Assembly (NCBI GenBank): GCA_965153285.1 | Contig: OZ229112.1 | Strand: one strand, 5' to 3' | DNA: 64,000 nucleotides | From: Podarcis tiliguerta | Lineage: Eukaryota | Part shown: positions 51,201-63,200 of the stretch, piece after piece | Numbering within the stretch: the stretch's first letter is position 1 | How the letters are laid out: each line of letters starts with the position of its first letter | Program-made: the position numbers and the translations under genes | Notes under the pieces: model-generated | Told to the model about the DNA's origin: nothing | The model's database searches: none | The model's input: only the letters and a program-made list of their open reading frames with translations

Positions 51201-54200
51201 CAGCAACCACGGCACATTTGAATGGGTTGATGGGATGTTGGTTCAGGCTTTACAGTCCGGAGAATGGCTCTTGATGGACAATGTTAACTTCTGCAGGTAA
51301 GCGCAACTGTGTTGTTAGAAAGAAATTATCATAAATACAGAAAACCACATTGGATAAACATCATTGAATCTCTGTTACAAATCACGTACCAGATCAAAGA
51401 GAGAAATTCAAGGAGTAGATCATCATTTACTGTTTCAAAGGAAACTGGATTATACAGTTATCTCCCATCTACTCAAGGAGGTCCTTTGCTCCAGCAGACA
51501 CTTCCGTGAACAGAAGGGGGAAGTCATAAGGCAATTTTTGCTTATTTCTCCCTTCTCTCTGTAGCCTGCTGTGACACCCGTCCCCCCAAAAAAAGAATTC
51601 CTGCTCCAGAGTGTTAGGGAACACTTTGGAAAAGGAGGAGGCAATGCAGAAGAAAGGGAGAAGTTTGCAAAAAATTGCACAAATTGCTTTCCGTTCCCTT
51701 CCAGTCACAGAAGCATCCACTGGGGCAAAGAGTCTTTGTTGAGCAGAGGGGACAGAACTGGACACCATCCCATGACATTTCTGCATTACTTCCATATATC
51801 TGATGCTATAAAACTGATCAGATTGAGCAGGGCGGGAAGGAATACTCCTTCCATTATGAAGCCAAATGAATGCTCGCAGTTGTTAGTAAATCAATGAGCC
51901 ACCTTTAGTCCTTAATTGTTCCTTTACTTCTTGTGTGTAGTCCTTCTGTGCTGGACCGCTTGAATGCTCTGCTTGAACCTGGAGGAGTCCTCACCATGAG
52001 TGAAAGAGGAGTGATCGATGGTGTAACCCCCACTATCACACCGCATCCAAATTTCAGGTGCGCTGACATTCTTTGTGCTTATTGGAGTGTGTTGTTGGAT
52101 TATGCTTTGAGAGTTGCAGTATGCATTGGGGTGGGAACACCGTCTCTTTAAGGTATCACTACTGCGGCCTTGAAAATAAGTGTAGGTTTGATCATCACTC
52201 AGCTGGGTCAACAAAGTGATGCATTGCTTGATAGTTTTCTCTTAGCACCCCCCCCCCTTTTCCCCCCAACAAGGTCATTTGTCTTCCTTTGCTGGGCAGC
52301 AAAGCAGTGTGATGCACGAATGCTAGTCTCTCCACCTTCTCTGAACTGCATGTGTATATGCAGGCACGCACACACACATACGTTTTCATTCTCTGCTTAA
52401 TTATTGCCTTTGGATTGTTACTGGATTCTTGTGTTTTTTAAAAAACCATTTCCTCCTTTTCTGTATAAAGCCTAGAGAGCATTTGCTATTTGGGTTTCCA
52501 GCAAGTTTAATAAAGCAGGTTGGGGAGGTTGGTTGGTTAGAGTGCGGTGTTGATAATGCCAAGGTTGCAGGCTTGATCCCTGTATAGGGATAGTTGCATA
52601 TTCCTTCACCGCAGGGGGCTGGAATCAGTGATCCTCAGGGTCCCTTCCAACTCTACAATTCTTTGATTCTAAGTAGGATAAGGAGAGGAGGAAGCCATGA
52701 AAGTAGCAGCCACAACATGCCTCTGTGTTCACCTAGCCAAGACAGTAGAACAGTGTGGTTAGTTCCCTTTTCTCCCTGGTGGTGGAGAGGAGGCAGTTCA
52801 GGGGTGCAATAAGCATTTTTAAAAAAAACTTTGTGCATAGGGAAGAGCCAGACAAACCAAGTACCCCTCTAATAGAAACTCAGCTTAGAAATGTACTGTT
52901 GGTATTGCTCTTATCAAGGTGATAACCTTGATCGCTAAACATTGCAGGCAAGTGCCTAATTGCAAGGCTGTAGTGTGACCTCTTCCTCGCTCGCTCCACC
53001 CCAGGAGCAGCAGTGTAAGATTACATACTGGATGGGTAACTTAAATAACCATACTCTCGTATGTGTATTGAAACTTAAAAAGGCTTTTCCTTTCGATGGA
53101 TCCATCACACGGTGAAATATCCCGAGCCATGCGGAATCGTGGAATTGAGATCTACGTTCCTGGAGAGAGTGATTCATTGGATCTTCACGATGTGAAGCTG
53201 CTGCTTCATGGAATGGGCTTGTTTGGAAGCAGCATATGTGATGAGCTCGTGGCTGTGCATACAGAAGCTAAGGAAAGCATAGCAGGTGAGATAAGCATGC
53301 ATAATAAACTTGGCAAGCGCTAAAGAGAATAACTTCTATTTAGTGATTGTGTTAGAGACCATCTGAGAGAGAGAATGAATTGGGAAATTTTGATTATGAT
53401 TTCAGATTTATAATATGGAAGTTAGTTCAGGTAGGTGGTTTGAAAAAGGGGGAAAGCAACAAAAAAATGGTTAAATTCCTAGGCATTCTACAAAGGTGCT
53501 TGGTGGGTTGTAATGTTAATTTTTCCTTCTCAGGTTCCTCTTACACTCTATCTGCTTTGATTAATGCTGCAACGCTGATCGTGCAGCAGTTGCGCCGAGG
53601 ATTCGGTTTAGCAAAGAGCTTCTATAAAGCGTGTTGGGACATCTACGTCAGTTCACAACAGTCAGGAGACAATCAAAAGGTAAGTCTTCCTCTGTTGGAA
53701 ATGTGCTCATCAAGTGTTTGTGCTAGAGAGTCAACTTTTGCAAAATCAGTGAGAGACAGTTCAAAGTCTGAGCAATCCAGAATTAGAGACCATGTATATA
53801 TCTATCTTTTCAAACTAACTGCTACATTTTAATTGTTTTCCGTGCCTGAGAAAAATGTTACAGAAAGAAGACTACTGTTGTTGTTTTTCCCAGTTGAAGA
53901 ACCTAATCGCAACCCTTTGTCTCTCCTGATATACTAGCATATGCTGGACTTGATAATGAAGCATGTTTCAGTCTTGGATTCAGAGGAAACGAGGGGTGCT
54001 TCCCTCCTTGCCTTAGGATTGTGGCCAGATTCTGCATCCAGTGCTTTGTTTGCAGCTGAAGACTCTCTGCTTTCTATGGTTCATCACGATGGCCAGGTCC
54101 TGGCTTACTGCCTGAACAGGCTGAATCTGAGAAACAGCAGGTGAGCACAAGGTGTTGCTATCCCTCTGGAAATATAAGAGTGAACTGTTCCAGGTTAATT

Positions 54201-57200
54201 GGTGAGCAGCCTTTTGCCTGCCCCTCTATGTAAATAAGTAAGCAACGTTAGCAGTTACATCTGCACTGGGCTACGATAGTAAGGCCGTTTTCCTGCCTCC
54301 ACTCTCTTTGTTTACAAGGTAGCAAGCAGCTCTCATTCCCTATACCTGCGAAGCTTAAGCTGCTTTCAAATGTGGGGTTTATTGTGTTGCTATTTTGGTT
54401 ATAATGCTAGCCCTGCTCTACTGGTTTCTAACATTCCTTTCACACTGCATTACCTGTTGCGTTATGGAACCGTGGCTTTTTGATGGATATACCACCATGC
54501 CATGCTAAAAGTCATTCTCACCAGTGGGCGTGACGTGACGGGTGGCATTGGGCATTTCACCCCCCTCTATATGCATACATGCTTCAGTTTCCCCATTGTT
54601 CACCCATGAAAATGTTGGGGGGAGGGGAACTGTATGATGGACTACCTACTCTCCTAGATTTCATCACATGAAAACGGCAGGGAAATGACAGCTCAAAACT
54701 ACTGAGATATTCCAGGTTAATGGGGTGGTGCACAGTTGCTGTTGTTTTTCTGGAAGCAGTTAACATGGAAATGAGCATTGAACTTCCATTAGGTTCCACA
54801 GATTTCCAGATATGTCTTACATCAGGTGAAAGATCACATAAAATGTGGGTGTTACCACATTTTTAAATAGTGCATGTTGGAAAAATGGAATACTGTAAAG
54901 CGTCAATTCTGGACGTGGCAGTAGTTTGAAAGCATGGATTGTCCCAGTGTCCAGCTGGGATTTTACTCAGAGTTAAGGCAACACACCATGGTTACTTCTA
55001 ACACGTTTAGAGGTTAAATCTCCTCTAGGCCTTTGGAAATTGTATAGATGGTTTGTTCTTTGCATAGGTATGATCTTCTTACAATGACCTCTCGTTTCAG
55101 GACGCTGCCTCTCACTATACATGACTTTGAGAAAATCCTGCACTCTCCTAATCCAGATTGCCTCAAATTTGGTGCAGTGGAAGCTATTGCCTCTTGGGCA
55201 GACGGCATGGAGGTCCTTTCTGCAGCCGTTAAGTTATTCATAGAGAAAGCAACGAATCAAGACTGGACGTTGAGAGTTGGGTGGCTTAATCAGTTAAAAA
55301 AGAATTTGCCACAAGTGCCTGGTAAGTGTTGACTCTTGCTGCTTAAGCAAGACTAATCTGAATGTTTGTGGTGGTGGAAGAGAATCATGCAGCATGATCC
55401 TATGCTTGAGTTTTGTAAGTAAATGTAGAGAGATGGAGGAAGTCAAAAGCACAGCGTCACCAGAATAGTGTGTGCAATAAGTGAGTGAAAGGAAATAGTG
55501 TCTCATGGCCCAAAAAATAAAAAAATAAAAAAAATGATTAGACTCTCAACCCCAAAACTGGAATTTCTTGGCTCTGTGGCCTGCAGCTTCTTCTTGGCCT
55601 CTGATAATAATAACCATACCCATCTGGCTGGGTTTCCCTAGCTCACAACTGATTTCATATGTTGATACCAATTCAGCTTTATCTTGGTTAATTGACTGCA
55701 TTCTCCGCAGGGGTTGGCTTTCTTCTCACAGCTGCCCCATGAATACCCCACTCATTCAGGTTGCTGGACTTTCAGCGCGTCACCTGATGTGTAAGGAGCT
55801 GCAGCTAATTGGAAGTACCCCCCCCCCCAATATATGCGCAGGAGTTCTTGGTCCTTATGCATGGGGTGGAAGGGGCTTTGGGATTGGATCGCAGCGGAAT
55901 CCTTTGGCAGTCCAGGTGTTTTGATTTGTGGGACCCACCATGTTTAATTGAAATTACACTGTTCTGTTCGTTTCACTCGTTTTATAATTGTAATGGCTCT
56001 ATCTGTTTTCATCATTGTGCTATTGCTGCAACCTGCCCTGACGATGAAGGGCGAGTAAGAATTCTTACCAGCATATAAATAAAAATAATAAGCTTAGAAA
56101 GGCATGAATTCACAGGTCGTCTTCTTTCTACAGATTCAGTGTATACTCAGCTGGAAGCTGGTGCGGCATCTCTGAATAATTTTTACTTCAGTCCCCTCTC
56201 AGGTGCGATCAGTAATGTAATAAAGTTGCTGCAACCAAATATGACCGGTAAGATGTCTTCTTTCTCTCTTGGCTGCGAGTGTGTATTCTCTTCCTGCGTT
56301 TTTGATACAGTGAAGATTGATTTGCGATATTGATGAGGTTATGGGGAGTGAAACGTAGCTTGCAACAGAACTGAGTGGGCTGTGTTTTGTTTTGTTTTTA
56401 AAAAACACCTTTCATTGGGCTTAGAAAATGCTACTCTGCGTAAAATAAGACGCAGTAAATTGCATATTGGAACCTGCCCCACGTTCGTTCCCATTTAAAC
56501 AAATCTCTCCTTCACACAGTAAACATGTGTTAGATGTCTTGCATCATGTTCATGCCGATGCATATTGCTTGCTCTATTTCTTGGATTGAGGGAGTTGGAA
56601 AATGTTTATAATGAAAACAAATGTGAGTTTTCCTTGTTATTCATCTATCAAAACAGATGAGCATGTGATTCCTATGGATCCCAGATGGAACATGCAGTGT
56701 TTGGATATCATTAGCAATTCAGTGGATTTTGAAGCAGAAGAACACTCGGATCAGCTGCTTATCCTGCTGAAATCACTTTCAAATCGGTGAGTTCATCACA
56801 CGTGTGCTATATCCAGGATGGGGAAACCCTGTGGCCCTTCAGGTGTTTTTGGTCTCCCAACTCTCCCCATATGCTCCAGCCATCATGGCCGATGGCCAGG
56901 CATAATGGGTGTCGTAGTTCCAGCAACATGTGGAGGACCAATTGGTATCCACCTTCTTTCTGTTATTTTGATTAGAAAAGTTAGTTTGTCATTTCCACAT
57001 TCTATAATAATGTCTTTCCCTTGTTAAGTTGGCCGATAGTCTATAATTGTCACAGATTCCAATCCCCCTCCCCAAACTGCTAAAAAAAACCAACCAATCA
57101 ATCCCTGGCTATGTTTTCTTTTGGAAGGCAAGTTGTAAGGCAGCTTTCGCTAACCTGGTGCCCTTAAGAAGTTTTGGACTACAGTTCCCATCAGCCATAG

Positions 57201-60200
57201 CTATGCTGTGCTGGGACTGATAGGAGTTGTAGTCCAAAACATCCCAAGGGCACCAGGTTGATGAAGGCTGGTGTAATGTACAATCTAGAAAAAGTCGGGT
57301 AACCTTATTCTCACTGATAATCCAAAATCTAAGAGTACAGTTAAATCAGAACCTTTATTTCACAAGGAAACTCATTTTTACATAAATCATTCAGAATATT
57401 CATGCATCTTCTGCCATTACCCACTGCCGTAGTCAGAATTCTTTCCTCCTGTTTTGCTCGTCTAATGCAGATTATAAATTCTCTATTCAGGATCCATTTC
57501 ACATTTAGTATTTTGTAGTGTCTAATGCTTTCTCTGCATTATGTACATGTTAAATAGTCCCAACATGATTCAATTTGTGGGCTGTTAGCTTTCTCTTAAC
57601 AGGATTTTGATATACTCTTGACATAATAACAATGATATCTGTGTGGGTTTGTTGTGTTGTAATTACAGGGCAATACTGTTTCTGGACCGTGAGAAAAAGA
57701 GCTACGTTGAAAGGAGCCTGATTAATACCAAAAAGCCAAGAACTAGTGCTTTGAGGATGTCACTGGAGTTCCATAAAGGTATCTATTGTGTTTCCATTTA
57801 AAAATTACTTAAACGAATCACTGTTCTGCATTTTCTTTTGGTTTAATTTTCTGCATTGTCTTTTGGTTCAATTTTATTCTTGAAATGAAGATCCCGGCAG
57901 CCACAGCTCACTGCCGCATGCTATTGTGGTGAACCTCGCAGGCTTTTTTGAACTTTGGGATGCCTTCGTGCTGAACTGGGTGAAGTCTACTCAAGAGTCT
58001 CTGTCTGATGAAAAAATGTATGAAGTAAGTAGACCATACAAATGTCTGGGGTCACCCATTGCTTGGACTTTAGGAGCTGTCCACTTGCTTTCCCTGTGTT
58101 ACGGTCTCTGATGTTTTTGTCATACCATTTTACTTGAAAGTGGAAACCTGGAAAAAGGACATGAAATCCACCTGTCTTTTCCAGTTGCTTGGAGGATCGG
58201 GCAAAGTGGTTAGTCACATTCAAGAGATTCCTCTGACTTAGGAATAAGAGCTCATCTAAAACAGATAAATGTTTTGCCTAGTTTGAACTGTAGGGAAATA
58301 GTGTGCCCCTGTAAAGATACGTACATGCCAGAACGAAGCGAAGGATCCATAAATAATTGCAGAAATGGAAAGCTAATCATCTTCATGCCAAAGGATAAGC
58401 TAAATTGCAAGAACTGCAGTGCTCCAGGTTTCTGTTTTTCTGGTCTAATTTAGGATGTTAGATCAGAGAAATCTGTTTCCAGAAAGATACTGTTTTCTGG
58501 AGCACAGCCTGGATGGGTCAGGGAAGCTGCCTTAAAAGGTTCTCTGAACAAGGACCACAGGGAGTCTACTTCAGGTTCATAGCTCAGTGAGTGAAGTGCA
58601 AGAGGTTTCCCTCCTGAGACACCAAAGATTGGAAGGTGCAACTTTTGCCTAGCAGCTTGTGTTATCCTAGACTTGCATTTTCCGTCTCAGACATAAAGTC
58701 TAAGGAATGAAGGTGTCTTTCTGCACAAACAAGGCCCTTTTAGACTTAAGACATGTCATTTCCTAATGATAAAAGAACAGTGTTCTCCACCTGAAAAAGC
58801 ATTACTGTGTGCATCATGGAATGGAAGACTCATTTTTTTTTCTGGCTTGCCTCTAGATACTGCACTGCTTATTGTGGCGTGACAGGTTTTGGACGATATC
58901 GGACATGGTTGCTGTGGATTCCTCTGGCCTGGCGCTCCTGTCTCTTCACTGGCACTGGGTTGTGAAACATTTAATCAGCAGGACAACTAAGTTGCTGAGC
59001 ACATACGAGCAGCAGAAGTATGTTGTCTTTAGCTTGTACACCAATGCATTAAATCTGAAGGCAGCCTTCTATAGGGAAGCTTTTTAAGGTTTTATTATGT
59101 TTCCTATATATGTTGGAATGGCTGGGATTAGCAGGTATAAAGTCCCTGCGCAGAGGTATTCTTAGTGCTCTCTGTAGGTAATTATGTCAAGATGGCTATG
59201 TACCATCTATAATTCAGTTTTATTGGCAAACCTGAGGTTAAACTAACCCCTTTCCAGCCCTAGGAGGAGTGCAGGGAGTGTTTGCGTGACACACCTACAC
59301 ACTGCAGCTGACACACTAATGTGTCGTGGCACACAGTTTGCAAAGCTCTGGACTGGGGGAATGAGGTTTCATAGGTTGCTGTATATCCAGGCTGCATTCA
59401 TGGTTTGATGACCAGTCTTAACTTTTCTCAGTTTTCTGTATAAACAATTATTCCTTCTCTTATTTTAAGGCTGCCCAAGGATATTCAGTCTGCCTCACAA
59501 CAAATCCAGGCTTGCCTAGCCAATCCTGCTGGTGTTTCTGCTAGTGTTAAGAAGCTGCAGAAGTTTTGGGGAAGACCTCTTCCATTCAAGGTGCAATGTA
59601 TTTATATGTAACTGAATACTGTTGACTTCTATGGAGGTTTCTCTTTGGTAATACGTTTTAGAAAAACTGTTGTATTACACTGCTACCCTACCCATCTAGA
59701 ATTATTTAAGGAACTCGTGTCTCAGAGTTACAGAACTGCTTATAGATATTTAAGAAGGTGATCAAGTGAGCGTATGGATTTAGAAATATAAATACTCTCA
59801 AGAAAAGTTAGATCAGACTTACTAAACACCCTACAGCGAGAGCTATAATTAAGTATCATCATCATCATTTATTATTTATACCCCACCCATATGGCTGGGT
59901 TTCAATCTTCACATTCCTGCCTGAAAACCCAGAGAGCTTACTGCCATTCAGTGCACACAGTACTTGGGTAGATGGACCAATCAGCTGACTTGTTTTCTGT
60001 GTTCCTAGATAGCAGTTCCTAGTACAGGATATCGCTTTTGAATATACTTGCACAGCTATACAAATGCTCAGGCAGCAGATTTTTTAGTAGCATGCTTCTG
60101 CAGAAGCTGTGAGACCAATGGGGCCTGGCTTAGGAAATGAAGCAAACCGTTGATCCTGCCTGTCCTGTCCTGCAGCACTGCTTCTGCTAACTGGAGGCAA

Positions 60201-63200
60201 AAGTACCCACTCTCTTAGACAGAGTACTGCATACATACCAAAGTGTGCACCCTTACTGTGGGGCATTCTCATGCTTTGGACTTTGGCACAATTGGCTAAA
60301 CGGTTGACTGCTGCTTGCATGCATATAAATTATATGCACCCCTTCAGTCTTTACAGAAGAGGTCAGCATAAGTGGTCTTATCATGTGTTTTAGTAAAACA
60401 AAACAAAATAGTGTTCAATCTATTGATTTAGGAGTTGCCATTTTTATTTTTATTCAACTTATTCAGGATGTAGGAGTAGTGGATGCGTCTGTTCAGTTGC
60501 GGAAAATTTCCAAAGCACTTAATGTCCAGGAGCTGAGGCCCGCTATTGGAGATGGCGAATGGCAGAAGGAGGTCTGTATTCTGAAAATGGCCGCCACAGA
60601 GTGGAAAATCAAGACTGCATTGCTCCAGGCTCAAGGCCTCGTTCTCAGAGCCAATAATTTGAAGGATGTCATTTCAGGTAAATGATTTATTTGCGGTCAG
60701 GTGGAGCGAAGAACACCTCATAATGTTTGTACTACAGGTTGCTTCAAATATGTATTTTCATGTTCATATAGTAAGCTTCCGTGTTTCCTGCAAACAAATT
60801 CAGATAAAATTCATATTTCCAGGTTTGTATTTTCCCCCCTGTTATATTTTGTGCTGTTGAGTGAGTTTGTTTTTGCCTTAAATCTATTTTGGTACAAGAT
60901 TTTAGTTGCAGGCTATTTCTATTCTTTATTTCTTTCAGATGAGTTATGGGCTCTGGTGAATCTCCAGCAGTCAAAGCTGAGGGAAGGAGGTGTCTTGCTT
61001 GAGCCTCTCAAAGAAAAGCCTGCTGAAGGCAAACAGGTGGATTCTAGTTTGATAACTCAGCTCTGCAATAAGGTGCAACTGTGGCCTGCAATGGAGTATC
61101 TAGCTGTGCTTTGGCAGTACAAGCTAACCACTGATTGTATAGCCGAGGCTTCCTTGCAAAGGTGAGGGCAAGTTTTCTGTGACGGAGCAAAAGGTTTCTG
61201 GGATTCATGTAAGGTCGATTTTCCAGTCTTTGCCTTCCTTAAGCTTTTGTAGTCTTTTAATCTTGTGGTTTGCATGGCTCTGTCAGGTAACAAATTCATG
61301 AACACGCACTCTGAGCTAGAATGTCTCAAGATGTTTTTAAACCTCAGTTCTACTGACAGAAATGCAAGTAACTTTGAATTGGGGAGAATTTCAGAATTTA
61401 TGTCTCAAAAGGATTATGAGACATTATGAATATTTCTGATAGGACCAGGATGATTTTGAATGTGGGACTTTCCTTTAATTTCTAATTGACGTGTCGCGTC
61501 TTTCCCCTTTCATTATTTTTGTACCTTGGTGTGTATACAAACTATCAATCAGTAGCCATGCCTTTTCTTTTCTCAGGAATGGTAGCAGTCAACAATCAAG
61601 CCTATGTTCAGAAATAAGGCAATTTATTGCTTTCTGCCTTAAGTTTACACCATCTACCTCACAACAGCTTCAAGGCCTTTATTACTTGTTAGACTCTCAA
61701 AAGGTAGGAACAAATTTTAAGTTCAGAAAACTCCCCTTCCCTTTTCAGTTTTCTTTTCTTTATTCACATGGCACTGTATTCTCCAATCCAGGACAGAGAC
61801 CCGCAGCATACAAAACAAGGGAAAATGTAATATGATATCAAAAGGGGCTGTATTATAGTGCTCTGCACATTCTCATTATCAGTGTCAAACACCTGGGTAC
61901 TTTTTATCTCTATTATTATTATCATCAGGGACGCGGGTGGCGCTGTGGGTTAAACCACAGAGCCTAGGACTTGCTGATCAGAAAGTTGGTGGTTCGAATC
62001 CCCGCGACGGGGTGAGCTCCCATTGCTCGGTCCCTGCTCCTGCCAACCTAGCAGTTCGAAAGCACGTCAAAGTGCAAGTAGATAAATAGGTACTGCTCCA
62101 GCGGGAAGGTAAACGGCGTTTCCGTGTGTTGCTCTGGTTTGCCAGAAGCGGCTTAGTCATGCTGGCCACATGAGCCGGAAGCTGTATGCCGGCTCCCTCG
62201 GCCAATAAAGCGAGATGAGCGCCGCAACCCCAGAGTCAGCCATGACTGGACCTAATGATCAGGGGTCCTTTTAACTTTATTATTATCATCATTATTTTCT
62301 TTTTTGTCATTCATATTTTGAGTAATTTATGTAAAGAATTAAAAAATCAAATCGACATAAATTTAACTGTTACTTAATAAAAGGAGCAGTTGCATGGGGG
62401 GGGGGCAGGAGATGACAAACTTCCTGGCATTTAGACAGAAGTCCTTGATTGACGTCCCATATTTATTTTTGGATAAACTGTGTGTTTAGCGAGAACTAAA
62501 CAACGGGAAAATTGAAAGTAGGTAAAATGGCTCTAAAAAGCATCCGCTGTGGATTAAGGAGCCAACATTTCTCCTCTCTTGTCCTCCTTACTTTGTCTCC
62601 TTAACCTTGCTACCTGGTGAGCATCTCTGGTTTCAGTTGTCCAATGTCCTGGAAACAATCTTCAGGAATCAGCTAGCATCTTGTGGTTGCTTGCAAAGTT
62701 TTGGGAGTGGGAAAGTTCTTTCCTTCTGCTTGATTCATTGTTAAACTCTTTGTACTGCTATAAGTTCTTATGGCACTCTTTCTCCCTTCCCCCCCATGCT
62801 ATCTGTTTGCTCCTATGTAGGCTGCATCACTTTGGGTGTACTATTCCCAGTGCATCTGGCTCAGTTTCCTCTATTCCCTCCCATTTATTGCTTGTCCAGA
62901 GAATGCTGCAGTAGGTCCTTAGCTATAACTAGTTGAACAATGTGGTTGGTGGTGGTGTTTTCTGTCTTAAGTTCTCTCTTAGGACCAAGGGAGAACCTTA
63001 CTTTCATATCTGATGCAGGAAATGCTTCCTGTCCTTAATAAGAAAGCTAAGGAAAATTCTAGCTGATGTGGTTGGTCCCTGAAAAGTAAAACTTGTGCAC
63101 ACTTCCATTAGAACACTAAAAAAGCAGAGGCAAACATTGAGAGCTTCTTTTAAGTCTTCTGCATTTTTGTCCTGCACTTTTAGGTCTCTGCAGAAGAAAT

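Noticed and set aside
23200-51290. Degenerate Walker B motifs in AAA1 (EDID) and AAA6 (DNVN) as signs of decay
   Set aside because: These are the normal midasin/Rea1 family states as I recall them; the frame is intact throughout.
57779-57790. Possible U12-type donor GTATCT
   Set aside because: GTATCTAT does not match GTATCCTT, and no TCCTTAAC branch site lies near the acceptor.
61928-62010. tRNA gene-like A/B boxes
   Set aside because: SINE head; continues into the SINE body and is flanked by a TSD.
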